From assembly GCA_036389345.1 (NCBI GenBank), contig DASVQD010000030.1:19118-83117 (forward strand): 64,000 bases of DNA, given 5' to 3'. The number at the start of each line of letters is the position of its first letter. Within the stretch, counting starts at the first letter, position 1. The position numbers and the translations under genes are program-made. The DNA is from Allosphingosinicella sp. Its GTDB lineage: Bacteria > Pseudomonadota > Alphaproteobacteria > Sphingomonadales > Sphingomonadaceae. Shown here piece by piece: positions 26,889-37,604 of this stretch. The notes under the pieces were generated by a model that was not told the DNA's origin, ran no database searches, and saw nothing but the letters and a program-made list of their open reading frames with translations.

Positions 26889-27829
26889 CAGATCGTCCGG
26901 GCGGTGTCGACGTCGCCGCCCGCCGCGGGCGCCGGCGGAGGCGCCTCGGGAACGATGTCGGGGACGGTGCTTCCAGGATCGCCGGGAAGCCGGATCAGCA
27001 TCCTCTTAGGGTCGCGCATGTCGATCCTGACATAGCCCTTGCCGAGCAATTGCACCGACGAGTCCATGCTCGCGAACTTGGTGAGCGCCTTTCGAGCCGC
27101 GGCCTCGCCTTCCGGGAGGGCGAGCACCTCGCCGGTCTGGAAGCGCAGGTCCCAGCGCCGTCCGCCGACCCAGCTCGCGCCCGCCATGGCCGGCTTGAGG
27201 TTGGGCGCGGACTGGGTGAGGCGGCCGAGCTCGGCGGCGTGGAGGTTGGCGGCCGGACCGATGAGAAGCGGCAAATCGGGCATGGCGTCGAGCTTGACCG
27301 CTTCGAGGACGACCCCGTCCATGTCGATCAGGGCGAGGCGCTGGTTGTGCTGCCAGATCGCCGCCGGCCGGCGCTCGACGATGTCGACGACGAGGGTGTC
27401 GGGAAGGCGCCTCGACACCCGGGCGTCGCGAACCCAGCCGAACTGGAGCAGGCGCTGCCGGGTCGCCTCCAGGTCGACGAGGGGCATGGCGGTGGAGGGC
27501 TGGTCGAAGGCGATGTTGTAGACGTCGAGCTGGCGGATATGGTTGGCGCCCTTGATCTCGACCCGCTTCATCGCGAAGCCCATCTCGCCGACGCTCTCGC
27601 CCATCGTTCCGCCGACCATCTGCGGGACCCTGAGCGCCCAGAGCAGCGCTCCGGCGAGCGCGATCATCATCCCGACGAAGATCCACCAGCTGAGCCGGCG
27701 CACCGCATCGGGAAGCGCGGGAGCCGGGACCGAGCCGCGTCCGCGCTGGCCGCCGCCTTTGCCGGCTGCGCGCGCCGGAGCCTTGCCCTTCCCTCGCGCC
27801 TGCGAGCCGCGCGCGATCGCCTTGCTCAT
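26888..27829 (-). CDS. ftsQ: cell division protein FtsQ
   Basis: Basic N-terminus, one TM segment, then a POTRA-like region (FAMKRVEIKGANHIRQLDVYN). Its position between ddl and ftsA fits. Confidence 0.9.
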   Translation of the reverse strand: MSKAIARGSQARGKGKAPARAAGKGGGQRGRGSVPAPALPDAVRRLSWWIFVGMMIALAGALLWALRVPQMVGGTMGESVGEMGFAMKRVEIKGANHIRQLDVYNIAFDQPSTAMPLVDLEATRQRLLQFGWVRDARVSRRLPDTLVVDIVERRPAAIWQHNQRLALIDMDGVVLEAVKLDAMPDLPLLIGPAANLHAAELGRLTQSAPNLKPAMAGASWVGGRRWDLRFQTGEVLALPEGEAAARKALTKFASMDSSVQLLGKGYVRIDMRDPKRMLIRLPGDPGSTVPDIVPEAPPPAPAAGGDVDTARTI

Positions 27830-28746
27830 AACGCTTCCTCCACGATCTTCTGGACCAGCTCGGCATAGCTCATCCCGCGATACCGGGCCTGCTCCGGAAC
27901 GAGGCTCAAGGGGGTCATTCCCGGCTGGGTGTTGATCTCGAGCAGATAGAGGCCCGCCTCGCCTTGCTCGTCGTCCCAGCGGAAATCCGCGCGCGAGCAG
28001 CCCCGGCAGCCGAGCGCCCGGTGCCCTTCGATCGCCATCCGCATCGCCGCCGCCGCGATCTCGTCCGGGACCTCGGCGGGGCAGATGTGCTGGGTCATGC
28101 CTTCGGTATATTTGGCGTCGTAATCGTAGAAGCCCGATTTGGGCTGGAGCTCGGTCACGGCGAGCGCCTCGTCGCCGAGGACGGCCACGGTCAGCTCGCG
28201 CCCGCGGATGAAGGGCTCCGCCAGGAGTCGCTGGAAATGCCGCCAGGGGCCTTCGCTGTCGCGGCCGATCGGATCGCCGTAATTGCCGCCCTCGGTGACG
28301 ATCGCCACTCCGACCGACGAGCCTTCGTTGACGGGCTTGAGGACATAGGGCCGAGCGATCGGGTCGCCCTCGTAGAGGCTCTCGCTTTCGACCATCGTCC
28401 CCTCCGGCATCCTGATGCCGCGCGGGACGAGCACCATCTTCGTCAATTCCTTGTCGATCGCGATGACCGAGGTCTCGACCCCGCTATGGGTGTATTTCAG
28501 CCCCATCAGGTCCATCAGGCCCTGGACCGTCCCGTCCTCGCCCGGCGTTCCGTGGAGGGCGTTGAAGACGACGTCGGGCGCCGCCTCGCGAAGCCGCTCG
28601 GCGACATCCCGGCCCATGTCGATCCGGGTGACCCGGTGGCCGAGGCTCTCCAGCGCGGCGGCGATGTCCCGGCCACTCATCAGCGACACTTCCCGCTCGG
28701 CGGACCAGCCGCCCATGAGGACTGCGATGTGGAGGGGTGCGGTCAC
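27826..28746 (-). CDS. ddl: D-alanine--D-alanine ligase
   Basis: HIAVLMGGWSAEREVSLMSG...NALHGTPGEDGTVQGLMDL...EINTQPGMT. The preferred start is the GTG at 28746. The longer track ORF would translate a REP element. Confidence 0.93.
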   Translation of the reverse strand: MTAPLHIAVLMGGWSAEREVSLMSGRDIAAALESLGHRVTRIDMGRDVAERLREAAPDVVFNALHGTPGEDGTVQGLMDLMGLKYTHSGVETSVIAIDKELTKMVLVPRGIRMPEGTMVESESLYEGDPIARPYVLKPVNEGSSVGVAIVTEGGNYGDPIGRDSEGPWRHFQRLLAEPFIRGRELTVAVLGDEALAVTELQPKSGFYDYDAKYTEGMTQHICPAEVPDEIAAAAMRMAIEGHRALGCRGCSRADFRWDDEQGEAGLYLLEINTQPGMTPLSLVPEQARYRGMSYAELVQKIVEEAL

Positions 28747-28751
28747 AGGCG

Positions 28752-28840
28752 CGTCGCCCCAGCGAAGGCTGGGGCCCCGTGGGGTGAAAGGCGCGGGCAT
28801 TCTTCACCCGCTGGGATGCCAGCCTTCGCTGGCATGACGG
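28752..28840. repeat. REP-like element, family A, between murB and ddl
   Basis: cgtcgccccagcgaaggctggggcc ... ggatgccagccttcgctggcatgacgg. Confidence 0.9.
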
Positions 28841-28843
28841 TGC

Positions 28844-29731
28844 TCATGACGCCACTCCCACCCTCTGAATCTCCCACTCCAGCAAAAGGCCCGAATGCGC
28901 CTTCACCCGGCGCCTCACTTCCTCGCCCAGCGCCTCGATGTCCGCGCTTCTCGCCTTGCCCAAGTTGAGAAGGAAGTTGCAATGCTTTTCAGAGACTTGG
29001 GCATCGCCCATGGTCAGGCCCCGGCAGCCGGCCTCGTCGATCAGCCTCCACGCCTTCGCGCCCGGCGGATTCTTGAAGGTCGAACCTCCGGTGCGGCTCC
29101 TCAGCGGCTGGCTCGCCTCCCGCTCGGCGGCGATCCGGTCCATCTCCGCGCCGATCGCCGAGCGGTCGCCCGGCGCCCCCTCGAACAGAGCTTCGACGAC
29201 GACGGCGCCTTCGGGCACCTCGCTGTGGCGGTAGGTGTAGCCGAGCCGGGCCGCCGGCCAAGTCTCGGTCCGGCCGTCGCGGAGCACGAGCGTCGCCTCG
29301 ATGAGGATGTCGGAAACTTCGCGGCCATAGGCCCCTGCGTTCATCCGGACCGCCCCGCCCGCCGTGCCCGGTATTCCGCGAAGGAATTCGAGGCCGGCGA
29401 TATGGGCGTCGCGAGCCTTGGACGCGACGGTGATCCCCATTGCTCCGCCGCCCGCCCGGACCCGGTTGCCGGGCTCCACATGGACGTGGCTCATCGCCTT
29501 GGGAAGCCGGACCACCACACCGGGAACCCCGCCGTCGCGGACGATCAGGTTGGAGCCGACTCCTACGGGCAAGACCGGGATCGCGGGATCGAGCTCGGTC
29601 AAGAAGGCGGCCAGGTCGTCAACGTCGTTGGGGCGAACCAGCCACTCGGCGGGCCCGCCGGTGCGGAACCAGATGAAGTCGGCCAGCGAGCCGTCAGTCT
29701 CGACCGAGCCGCGCAAGCCGGGGACAGTCAC
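28844..29731 (-). CDS. murB: UDP-N-acetylenolpyruvoylglucosamine reductase MurB
   Basis: [27 protein letters not shown]...[12 protein letters not shown]...TGGSTFKNP. The preferred start, GTG at 29731, gives 296 aa. The alternative ATG at 29821 would translate the family-B repeat. Confidence 0.9.
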   Translation of the reverse strand: MTVPGLRGSVETDGSLADFIWFRTGGPAEWLVRPNDVDDLAAFLTELDPAIPVLPVGVGSNLIVRDGGVPGVVVRLPKAMSHVHVEPGNRVRAGGGAMGITVASKARDAHIAGLEFLRGIPGTAGGAVRMNAGAYGREVSDILIEATLVLRDGRTETWPAARLGYTYRHSEVPEGAVVVEALFEGAPGDRSAIGAEMDRIAAEREASQPLRSRTGGSTFKNPPGAKAWRLIDEAGCRGLTMGDAQVSEKHCNFLLNLGKARSADIEALGEEVRRRVKAHSGLLLEWEIQRVGVAS

Positions 29732-29787
29732 TCGCCGCTCAGGCCTTTCCTGCAGCTCGCAGGCCGAGGAGGCGAGTGACTGTCCCC
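29720..29787. repeat. GGGGACAGTCAC inverted-repeat element, family B, between murC and murB
   Basis: Arms ggggacagtcactcgcc (29720-29736) and ggcgagtgactgtcccc (29771-29787). Confidence 0.85.
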
Positions 29788-29817
29788 TTTCCGCATTTCC
29801 CCTCTCCCCGACGCCGC

Positions 29818-31230
29818 TCATTTCTCGCGCCTCGCGCAGGCGATCCCGTCGGCCAGGCCCGCGGCCCACTTGGTGATGTCGCCGGCCCCGAGGCAGATCA
29901 CCATGTCGCCGGAGGCGGCGAGGTCGCGAAGGGCGAGGCAGAGCTCCTCGAGGTCGGCGACCGCCTTGACCGCGCGGTGCCCGCGCTGCTTCAGGCCCTC
30001 GGCCAGGGCCTCGGAGTCGACTCCCTCGATCGGCTCCTCGCCGGCCGGGTAGACCGGGGTCACATAGACGACGTCGGCGTCGTTGAACGCGCCCTGGAAC
30101 TCCTCCATCAGGTCGCGGAGCCGGGTGTAGCGGTGCGGCTGGACGACCGCGATCACCCGCCCCTGGGCGCCCTCTCGCGCGGCCGAGAGGACGGCCCGGA
30201 TCTCGGTCGGGTGATGGCCGTAATCGTCGATGATCGTCGCGCCCTCGATCTCGCCGACCTTGGTGAAGCGCCGCTTCACTCCGCCGAACTTCTCGAACCC
30301 CTTGGCGATTGTGGAATGCGGGATCCCAAGCTCGGCGGCGATCCCGATCGCGGCCAGAGCGTTCTGGACGTTGTGCCGTCCCGGCATCGGAAGCTCGACG
30401 TCGGTGATGACCGCGACCTCGCCCGAGCGGTCGCGGAGCGAGACGTCGAACACATTGCCGCCCGGCACCGGCCGGACGTTCTCGCCGCGGACGTCGGCGA
30501 GCGCCGCGAAGCCGTAGGTCACCACCCTTCGGTCGCGAAGCCTCGGGATGATCGTCTGGACCTCGGGATGGTCGACGCAGAGCAGGGCGGCGCCGTAGAA
30601 TGGCACGTTCTCGACGAACTCGACAAAGGCGTCCTTCACCTTGTCGAATGAACCGTAATGGTCGAGATGCTCCGGATCGATGTTGGTCACCACCGCCAGG
30701 GTGCCGTCCAGCCTCAGGAAGCTTCCGTCGCTCTCGTCGGCCTCGACCACCATCCAGTCGGAGGTGCCGAGCCGGGCGTTGGAGCCGTAGGCGTTGATGA
30801 TCCCGCCGTTGATCACCGTCGGGTCGATCCCGCCTGAGTCGAGCATCGCCGCGATCATCGAGGTCGTCGTCGTCTTGCCGTGGGTTCCGGCGACCGCCAC
30901 GGTCGACTTCAGCCGCATCAGCTCCGCCAGCATCTCCGCTCGCCGAACCACCGGGATCCGCCGCTCGTAGGCGCAGACCAGCTCGGGATTGTCCTTCCGG
31001 ATCGCGGTCGAGATCACCACTACCGCCGCGTCGCCCAGATTGTCCGGATGGTGGCCGACCTTGACCGGGATCCCGGCCTTGCGGAGCCCCTCGACGACAT
31101 AGCCCTCGGCGACGTCGGAGCCCTGCACCTTGTAGCCCAGGATGTGCATCACCTCGGCGATTCCCGACATTCCGATCCCGCCGATCCCGACGAAATGGAT
31201 GGTGCCGATGTCCTTGGCGACTCCTCTCAT
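29818..31230 (-). CDS. murC: UDP-N-acetylmuramate--L-alanine ligase MurC
   Basis: [27 protein letters not shown]...[13 protein letters not shown]. An alternative start is at 31245. Confidence 0.95.
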   Translation of the reverse strand: MRGVAKDIGTIHFVGIGGIGMSGIAEVMHILGYKVQGSDVAEGYVVEGLRKAGIPVKVGHHPDNLGDAAVVVISTAIRKDNPELVCAYERRIPVVRRAEMLAELMRLKSTVAVAGTHGKTTTTSMIAAMLDSGGIDPTVINGGIINAYGSNARLGTSDWMVVEADESDGSFLRLDGTLAVVTNIDPEHLDHYGSFDKVKDAFVEFVENVPFYGAALLCVDHPEVQTIIPRLRDRRVVTYGFAALADVRGENVRPVPGGNVFDVSLRDRSGEVAVITDVELPMPGRHNVQNALAAIGIAAELGIPHSTIAKGFEKFGGVKRRFTKVGEIEGATIIDDYGHHPTEIRAVLSAAREGAQGRVIAVVQPHRYTRLRDLMEEFQGAFNDADVVYVTPVYPAGEEPIEGVDSEALAEGLKQRGHRAVKAVADLEELCLALRDLAASGDMVICLGAGDITKWAAGLADGIACARREK

Positions 31231-31244
31231 CCCCCGTCCGACCA

Positions 31245-32405
31245 TCAGGCGAAGGCCCCGCCGGGGATCGGCGTAAGGATCATCTCCTCGACCGGCATCG
31301 GATCGGTGCCGAGGTCCCGGCCGGTCAGCTCGACGAGGTCGGCGAGGTCGCTCGCGGCGTTGGGGCGGCCGACGGCCCAGGCCCGCGCGGCCGCATTGAC
31401 GAGCGCTTCGGGCTCGAGGCCGAGCTTCTGCATCTGCTTGGCGAGCTCGACGGGGGTGAAGCTCCGCTGGCTGATCGTGCGCGCGCCGCCGGCTTTGGCC
31501 ATCTCGCGGGCGTTCGCGGTCTGGTGGTCGTCGGTCGCCGAGGGCAGCGGGATGAGGATGGCGGGGCGCCCGGCCACGGTCAGCTCGGCAATGGTCGAGG
31601 CTCCGGCCCGGGCGATGACGAGGTGGGTCCAGGCGATCTTGTCCGGCATGTCGGGAATGTAGGTGGCGAGATCCGCGGCGATGCCGAGCGCCGCATAGCG
31701 GCCCCGAACGCTTTCAATGTCCTCGGCCCGGCATTGCTGGGTGACCTGGAGCCGGCGCCGGAAATGCTCGGGCAGGAGGCCGAGCGCCTCGGGCACCACC
31801 TCCGACAATATCGTCGCGCCCTGGCTTCCGCCGGTGACGAGGAGCCGGAACACTCCCTCGTCGGTCAGCTCCGGATAGGGCTGCTCGCGCAGCGCAAGCA
31901 CTTCGTCGCGCACCGGATTGCCGACGAGATGGGTCTTGCCTTCGCGGCTTTTGGCGAGGCGCTGGACGTTGGGATAGGCGGTGGCGATGGCGTCCACCTT
32001 GCCGGAGACGATCCGGTTGACCCGTCCGAGCACCGCGTTCTGCTCGTGGATCAGAGTCGGAATCTTGTCGCGCTGGGCGGCCATCAGCGCGGGAAGCGCC
32101 GGATAGCCGCCGAAGCCGATCACCGCGGAAGGCTCGAACGTCTCGTAGAGCCTCGACGCCATAGCCCGGCCGGTGAAGATCTTGCTTATCGCCTTGAGCC
32201 ATCCGATCGGCCCGCCGCCAAGCCGCCCGGCCGGGAGGATATGGACCGGAACGCCCTCGAACAGGCCCGGAATGCGCGCGCCCCGGTCGTCGGTGATGAG
32301 GGCGACGCGGTGCCCGCGCCGCATCAGCTCCTCGGCCAGGGCATGGGCGGGGATCATGTGCCCGCCCGTGCCGCCGGCGGCGAGGACGTAGTGGCGGCTC
32401 AGCAT
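31245..32405 (-). CDS. murG: undecaprenyldiphospho-muramoylpentapeptide beta-N-acetylglucosaminyltransferase MurG
   Basis: [20 protein letters not shown]...GGSQGA...[11 protein letters not shown]. Confidence 0.95.
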   Translation of the reverse strand: MLSRHYVLAAGGTGGHMIPAHALAEELMRRGHRVALITDDRGARIPGLFEGVPVHILPAGRLGGGPIGWLKAISKIFTGRAMASRLYETFEPSAVIGFGGYPALPALMAAQRDKIPTLIHEQNAVLGRVNRIVSGKVDAIATAYPNVQRLAKSREGKTHLVGNPVRDEVLALREQPYPELTDEGVFRLLVTGGSQGATILSEVVPEALGLLPEHFRRRLQVTQQCRAEDIESVRGRYAALGIAADLATYIPDMPDKIAWTHLVIARAGASTIAELTVAGRPAILIPLPSATDDHQTANAREMAKAGGARTISQRSFTPVELAKQMQKLGLEPEALVNAAARAWAVGRPNAASDLADLVELTGRDLGTDPMPVEEMILTPIPGGAFA

Positions 32406-32411
32406 GATCCC

Positions 32412-32494
32412 GTCATACCGGCGAAAGCCGGTACCTCGGGGAGACCCGCCGAGACTTCTCGTCCTGAGGTCCCGGCTTTCGCCGGGATGACGGT
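32412..32494. repeat. REP-like element, family A, between ftsW and murG
   Basis: cgtcataccggcgaaagccggtacc ... ggtcccggctttcgccgggatgacgg. Confidence 0.9.
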
Positions 32495-32502
32495 TTGAAA
32501 CA

Positions 32503-33705
32503 TCATCGCCCGCTCCATTTCACGACATAAGGAGAGCGGTGCAGATACGGGTTCCGCCTCGTGAAGGCGAGAAGCAGCCCCATCCCGATCGACAGCGCCA
32601 CCATCGACGAGCCGCCATAGCTGATGAACGGCAGCGTCATCCCCTTGGACGGAGCGATCTGGACGTTGACGGCCATGTTGATCAGCGCCTGGAGGCCGAA
32701 CTGGCAGACGAGCCCGGCGGCGGCCAGGACGACGAACTTGTCCTCCTCGTGGAGTAGCCGGATCAGGACCCGGGCGACGATCACCAGGTAGATGGCCGCG
32801 ATGGCGAGGCAGGCGATGATCCCGAACTCCTCGCCGATGACCGAGAAGATGTAGTCGGTGTGCGGTTCGGGCAGGTGGAACTTGCGAACCCCCGCCCCGG
32901 GCCCGGCTCCGAACAGCCCTCCGGCGGTCAGGGTCCTCAGCGCCGATTCGGTCTGGTAATTGTCGTGCCCGCCGGCGCCGCTGAACAGGAAGGCGTCGAT
33001 ACGGGTGGTCGCGACGGGGTAGAAGAAATAAGCCATGACGATCGCGATCACGCCCCCGAGGGCGAGCAGCCCCAGGGTCCGCAATGAGACTCCCGACAGG
33101 GTGAGAAGCATCACCCAGGCCGAGGCGAAGATGATCGTCTCTCCGAAATTGGGCTGCTGCATGAGGAGAAGCGCGATTAGGCCGGTGCAGATTCCGGAAA
33201 GCGGGACAACCGGAAGGCTCGAATCCTGCTCCTTGAGCGAAAGCATCCAGGCGATGCTGACGATGTAGAGCGGCTTGAGGAATTCCGACGGCTGGAACTG
33301 GGAGAAGCCGACTCCGAGCCAGCGCCTGGCGCCGTTCACCTCGACTCCGATGATCGGCACCAGGAACAGCAGCGCCGTGAAGAACAGGGTCCCGATCAGG
33401 CACCAGCGCTTGGCCTTGGTCCTGGGAAGCATCGAGACCGCGACCATCACCGGCAGAGCGACGATGATCCAGACCAGCTGGCGGTAGAAATAATGGAGCG
33501 GCGCATAGCTCACCCCGCCCCCGGACAGGCGCTGGCCCGCGGCGGGCGAGGCTGCGGCGACCGCGATCAGTCCGATCGAGATCAGCACCGCGACGAAGAA
33601 GAGGAGGACCCGGTCGATCTCCCAGAACCAGCGCCCGGCGGCGCTTCGGTCCGACCGGCCCAGCCGGTTCTCGGTCCTGCTCTTCAGCTGTGCGACTACG
33701 CCCAT
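32503..33705 (-). CDS. ftsW: peptidoglycan glycosyltransferase FtsW (SEDS family)
   Basis: A 400-aa polytopic protein. SEFLKPLYIV...PEPHTDYIFSVIGEEFG...PSKGMTLPFISYGGSS. Confidence 0.95.
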   Translation of the reverse strand: MGVVAQLKSRTENRLGRSDRSAAGRWFWEIDRVLLFFVAVLISIGLIAVAAASPAAGQRLSGGGVSYAPLHYFYRQLVWIIVALPVMVAVSMLPRTKAKRWCLIGTLFFTALLFLVPIIGVEVNGARRWLGVGFSQFQPSEFLKPLYIVSIAWMLSLKEQDSSLPVVPLSGICTGLIALLLMQQPNFGETIIFASAWVMLLTLSGVSLRTLGLLALGGVIAIVMAYFFYPVATTRIDAFLFSGAGGHDNYQTESALRTLTAGGLFGAGPGAGVRKFHLPEPHTDYIFSVIGEEFGIIACLAIAAIYLVIVARVLIRLLHEEDKFVVLAAAGLVCQFGLQALINMAVNVQIAPSKGMTLPFISYGGSSMVALSIGMGLLLAFTRRNPYLHRSPYVVKWSGR

Positions 33706-35037
33706 CTACAACGCCTCCACCGCGGCCCGGAATGCATCCCCGCGCGCCTCATAGTCCCGGAACTGGTCGAACGAGGCGCAGGCCGGCGACAGGAGCACCA
33801 CCTCGCCCGGCCTGGCCGCCTCGGCCGCGGCCCCGACGGCCTCGAACAGCATCTCGCATTCGCTGACCGGCACCTTTTCCCGAAGCAGCCTTGCGAACAT
33901 CGGCCCGGCCTCGCCGATCGTATAGGCGGCTCGCACGTGGCCGAGGAACGGCTCGCAGGCGTCGAGATCGTCGGACTTGGGGAGCCCCCCCAGGATCCAG
34001 TGCACCGCCGGGTAGGCGGCCAGCGCAGGCGCCGCCGAAGTCGGGTTGGTCGCCTTCGAATCGTTGACGAACAGGACCCCGTTCCTCTCGGCGACCCGCT
34101 CCATCCGGTGGGGGAGGCCGGGATAGGTGGCGAGACCGCGGGCGATGGCTTCTTCCGGGATCCCGAGCGCTTTCGCGACGGCCACGGCGGCGGCGATGTT
34201 CTGCGCGTTGTGCGGACCCTGCAGGGCGGGCCAGAGCGACTGGTCTTTCACCGCCGCCGACGAGACCAGCACCTTGCGCCCGACGACCTGCCCGGCGATG
34301 GCGCGCGTATGATCGTCTTCGGCGGCAATCACCGCGACATGGTCCGGCGACTGCATCGCGAACAATCGGGCCTTCGAGGCCGCATAGTCGTCGACCCCCT
34401 CGTAGCGGTCGAGATGATCAGGCGTGATATTGAGGAGCACCGAGACGTCGCAGTCGAGGCTGAGCGTCAGGTCGATCTGGTAGGAGGAGAGTTCCAGGAC
34501 ATAGACCCCGCCTTCCGCAAGCGGGTCCTGGCCGAGGATCGGGTATCCGATATTGCCCGCCATGGTCGTCGCAAGCCCGGCGGTCCGGGCGATGTGATGG
34601 ATGAGGGCGGTGGTGGTCGACTTGCCGTTGGTGCCCGTGATCCCGACCACCCGGTGCGGCGGCAGGGTGGGCCGCGCCTGGGCGAACAATTCGATGTCGC
34701 CGATCAGCGGCACGCCGGCCTCGCGGGCCCGGGCCGCGATGGGATGGCGGTTCAGGGGCACGCCCGGCGAGACGACGATCCCGTCATGGCCGTAGAGCGC
34801 TGTGGTCAGCGGATCGGCGAGGCGGAGCGTTCCCCGGCGAAGGCCCGGGCCCAGCCCAGCCTCCGGATCTGGGCCCCGGGCTTCGCCGGGGAACGCCTGT
34901 GCCCGCGCCGCCTCGTTCTGGTCCCAGGCCATGACGTCGGCCCCGCTGGCCACCAGGGCGTCCACGGTCGCCAGGCCCGAGCGAGCCAGTCCGTAGACGG
35001 CGTACTTCTTCCCGGCGAAGGCGGGGCTCGAGATCAT
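33706..35037 (-). CDS. murD: UDP-N-acetylmuramoylalanine--D-glutamate ligase MurD
   Basis: [12 protein letters not shown]...[13 protein letters not shown]...NDSKATNP. The ATG at 35037 overlaps the mraY stop (ATGA). The gene contains an in-frame REP-like palindrome (see findings). Confidence 0.93.
   Translation of the reverse strand: MISSPAFAGKKYAVYGLARSGLATVDALVASGADVMAWDQNEAARAQAFPGEARGPDPEAGLGPGLRRGTLRLADPLTTALYGHDGIVVSPGVPLNRHPIAARAREAGVPLIGDIELFAQARPTLPPHRVVGITGTNGKSTTTALIHHIARTAGLATTMAGNIGYPILGQDPLAEGGVYVLELSSYQIDLTLSLDCDVSVLLNITPDHLDRYEGVDDYAASKARLFAMQSPDHVAVIAAEDDHTRAIAGQVVGRKVLVSSAAVKDQSLWPALQGPHNAQNIAAAVAVAKALGIPEEAIARGLATYPGLPHRMERVAERNGVLFVNDSKATNPTSAAPALAAYPAVHWILGGLPKSDDLDACEPFLGHVRAAYTIGEAGPMFARLLREKVPVSECEMLFEAVGAAAEAARPGEVVLLSPACASFDQFRDYEARGDAFRAAVEAL
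34829..34895. repeat. REP-like palindrome inside the murD coding sequence
   Basis: gttccccggcgaaggcccgggcc ... ggccccgggcttcgccggggaac. It translates in frame as about [21 protein letters not shown]. Confidence 0.8.
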
Positions 35038-36104
35038 CTCAGCTTCAGAGTCGAAAGCCCGGCCAGGGCCAGGACGAAGGCGATGATCCAGAAGCGGATG
35101 ACGATGGTCGCCTCGGACCAGCCGATCTGCTCGAAATGGTGGTGGATCGGCGCCATCTTGAAGATCCGCCGTCCGGTCCGCTTGTAGAAGAAGACCTGGA
35201 TGATGACGCTCATCGCCTCGACCACGAACAGCCCCCCGATGATCCCGAGGACGATCTCGTGCTGGGTCGCGACCGCGATCGCCCCGAGCGCCCCGCCGAG
35301 CGCGAGGCTTCCGGTGTCGCCCATGAAGACCGCGGCCGGAGGCGCGTTGAACCACAGGAAGGCGAGGCCGGCGCCGACGATCGCCGAGCACAGGATCGGC
35401 AGATTGCCCGCGCCCTGGACGAAGGGAAGGCCCAGATACTCCGAGAAGACGGCGTTCCCGACGACATAGGAGATGACGAGGAAGGCGAGGCTCGCGATGA
35501 TCACCGGCATGGTGGCGAGCCCGTCCAGCCCGTCGGTGAGGTTCACCGCATTGCCGAACGCGACCACGACGAAGGCTCCGAAGAACGGATAGGCGAAGCC
35601 GAGATCGACCACCGGCCCGTTGTAGAAGGGGATGTAGAGCTCGGTCCCGGCGCCCCAGGTAATGATCGTGCAGCCTATCCCGGCCACGACGAATTCGGCG
35701 AGCAGCCGGGTGCGGCCCGAAATGCCGGCATGGTGGCGTTTCGTCACCTTGTCGTAATCGTCGAGGAACCCGATGAGCCCGAAGCCGACGGTGATGAACA
35801 GGCACGCCCACAGGAAGGTGTTCCTGAAATCCATCCACAGGAGCATCGAGACGGTGAGCGAGGTGAGGATCATCAGCCCGCCCATGGTCGGGGTCCCGCG
35901 CTTGGCGAGGTGGGACTGCGGGCCGTCGAGCCGGATCGGCTGTCCGTGGCCCTGCCGGACCCGGAGCCAGCCGATGAATTTGGGGCCGATGATCAAACCG
36001 ATCAGCAAGGCCGTCGCAGTCGCCGCGCCCGCCCTGAACGTGATGTAGCGGAAGAGGTTGAACACCCCCGGGAAGCCAAGCTGTTCGGCAATCCAAAGAA
36101 ACAT
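35034..36104 (-). CDS. mraY: phospho-N-acetylmuramoyl-pentapeptide-transferase MraY
   Basis: [13 protein letters not shown]...[13 protein letters not shown]...[11 protein letters not shown]...PIHHHFE. Confidence 0.97.
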   Translation of the reverse strand: MFLWIAEQLGFPGVFNLFRYITFRAGAATATALLIGLIIGPKFIGWLRVRQGHGQPIRLDGPQSHLAKRGTPTMGGLMILTSLTVSMLLWMDFRNTFLWACLFITVGFGLIGFLDDYDKVTKRHHAGISGRTRLLAEFVVAGIGCTIITWGAGTELYIPFYNGPVVDLGFAYPFFGAFVVVAFGNAVNLTDGLDGLATMPVIIASLAFLVISYVVGNAVFSEYLGLPFVQGAGNLPILCSAIVGAGLAFLWFNAPPAAVFMGDTGSLALGGALGAIAVATQHEIVLGIIGGLFVVEAMSVIIQVFFYKRTGRRIFKMAPIHHHFEQIGWSEATIVIRFWIIAFVLALAGLSTLKLR

Positions 36105-37483
36105 CAGCTTTTCCCGCCCGCCAGCGCCTCGACGAGAGCGGCGAGTCCGATCGAGTTTGATCCCTTGACGAGTAGAGCGTCGCCCGGCCGGGCCTCGGCC
36201 CGAGCAAGCTCGATCGCCGTCGCGGTGTCCGGCACATGCGCCATTTTAACCTTTGCGCCAAGGGCTTTCGCCAGCGCTTCCATCTCCTGGCCGACGAGGA
36301 TCGCAAGCCCGACCCCGGCCTCCTCGACCGGCCCGGCAAGGCCCGCGTGGAAGTCGTCCGATGCCTCGCCGAGCTCCTTCATTCCGCCCAGCACCGCGAT
36401 TCGCCGGCCCGGGACACAGAGCGCTCCGAACGTCCTCAACGTGACGGCCATCGAAGCGGGATTGGCGTTGTAGCTCTCGTCGATCAGAAGGGCCTCGCCG
36501 CCGGGGACGCGGATCCGGTGGCGCTCCCCCCGGCCCTTGATCCCGGGCAAATCGGCGAGCGCGAGGCCGGCCTGAGCGAGGTCCCCGCCCATCGCCTCGA
36601 CCGCGCCGAGCACAGCCAGGGCGTTCGACACCCAATGGTTGCCGGGCTGGGCGACGGTGAAGGTGATCTCGGCCCCCGGCAGGATCGCTGTGACGAGGGA
36701 GCCGCCGCCGGGCGAAGGGACGATGTCGCGGGCGCGGATGTCGGCGCCGTCGGTGAGGCCGAAGCTCAGGACCCTGGCCGCATAGGGCCTGGCCGCGGCG
36801 GCGAGGCGGTTCCGGTAGGGGCTGTCATGGGGAACGAGCGCGACTCCGCCCTCCTCGAGACCCTGGAAAATCTCGCCCTTGGCGTCGGCGATCGCCTCCT
36901 CGCTGTCGAAGAATTCGCGGTGCGCCGAGGCGATCGTGGTGACGATGGCGACGTGAGGCCTGACCAGCCGGGTGAGCTGGGCGAGCTCGCCGGCATGGTT
37001 CATCCCCATCTCGAACACTCCGAAACGAGTCTCCCGGGGCATCCGGGCCAGCGAGAGCGGAACCCCGACATGGTTGTTGTAGCTCTTGACCGAGCGGTGC
37101 GCCTCGCCTGGCGCGGCGCGCTCCAGAGCGGCATGGAGCGCCTCCTTGGTGCCGGTCTTGCCGGCCGAGCCGGTCACTCCGCAAATTCGGGCCGAGGTCC
37201 GGCCGCGGGCGGCGCGGCCAAGGGCGTTGAGGGCGGCGGCCGTGTCGGCGACCCGGACGTGGGGCCGGTCGATTTCCTCCGACACGACGGCCCCGGCGGC
37301 CCCGGCTGCGAAGGCCTTGTCGAGGAAGCGGTGGCCGTCGGTCGCCTCGCCTTTCATCGCGACGAACAGATGCCCGGGCTCCACCTCGCGCGAATCGAAG
37401 GCGACTCCGGACACTTCGAAAACGCCGTGCGCGACTCCGCCGGTCGCTGCCGCAATCTCGTCGGAGGCCCAAAGCGCGCTCAT
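36104..37483 (-). CDS. murF: UDP-N-acetylmuramoyl-tripeptide--D-alanyl-D-alanine ligase MurF
   Basis: [22 protein letters not shown]...[12 protein letters not shown]...[11 protein letters not shown]. Confidence 0.93.
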   Translation of the reverse strand: MSALWASDEIAAATGGVAHGVFEVSGVAFDSREVEPGHLFVAMKGEATDGHRFLDKAFAAGAAGAVVSEEIDRPHVRVADTAAALNALGRAARGRTSARICGVTGSAGKTGTKEALHAALERAAPGEAHRSVKSYNNHVGVPLSLARMPRETRFGVFEMGMNHAGELAQLTRLVRPHVAIVTTIASAHREFFDSEEAIADAKGEIFQGLEEGGVALVPHDSPYRNRLAAAARPYAARVLSFGLTDGADIRARDIVPSPGGGSLVTAILPGAEITFTVAQPGNHWVSNALAVLGAVEAMGGDLAQAGLALADLPGIKGRGERHRIRVPGGEALLIDESYNANPASMAVTLRTFGALCVPGRRIAVLGGMKELGEASDDFHAGLAGPVEEAGVGLAILVGQEMEALAKALGAKVKMAHVPDTATAIELARAEARPGDALLVKGSNSIGLAALVEALAGGKS

Positions 37484-37498
37484 GAACCCCGCGCCTCC

Positions 37499-37589
37499 AA
37501 AAAACAGGGACAGTATACATTTTTCCTCGCCCGCTCCCGCCGAGCTCGCAGCCGTCTCCGGCTGAAAAATGTATACTGTCCCTGTTTTT
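37499..37589. repeat. AT-rich perfect 25-bp inverted repeat, 40-bp spacer, between murE and murF
   Basis: aaaaacagggacagtatacattttt (37500-37524) pairs with aaaaatgtatactgtccctgttttt (37565-37589). It shares the GGGACAGT core of family B. Confidence 0.9.
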
Positions 37590-37604
37590 GTTCCCGTTTT
37601 TTCA

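Noticed and set aside
28747-28800. N-terminal extensions of ddl (to 28800), guaA (to 61132), purL (from 44965), murB (to 29869) and nagZ-adjacent ORFs that read PSLRWGD, PAFAGMT or VIPAKAG
   Set aside because: These peptides are translations of REP elements. Internal starts give proteins that begin at the conserved N-termini.
33706-36339. 877-aa minus-strand ORF, and likewise 39024..41537
   Set aside because: These are composite ORFs. The real genes are murD (from the ATG at 35037) and ftsI (from the ATG at 40727). The N-terminal portions overlap mraY and the ftsL-like gene in the wrong frame.
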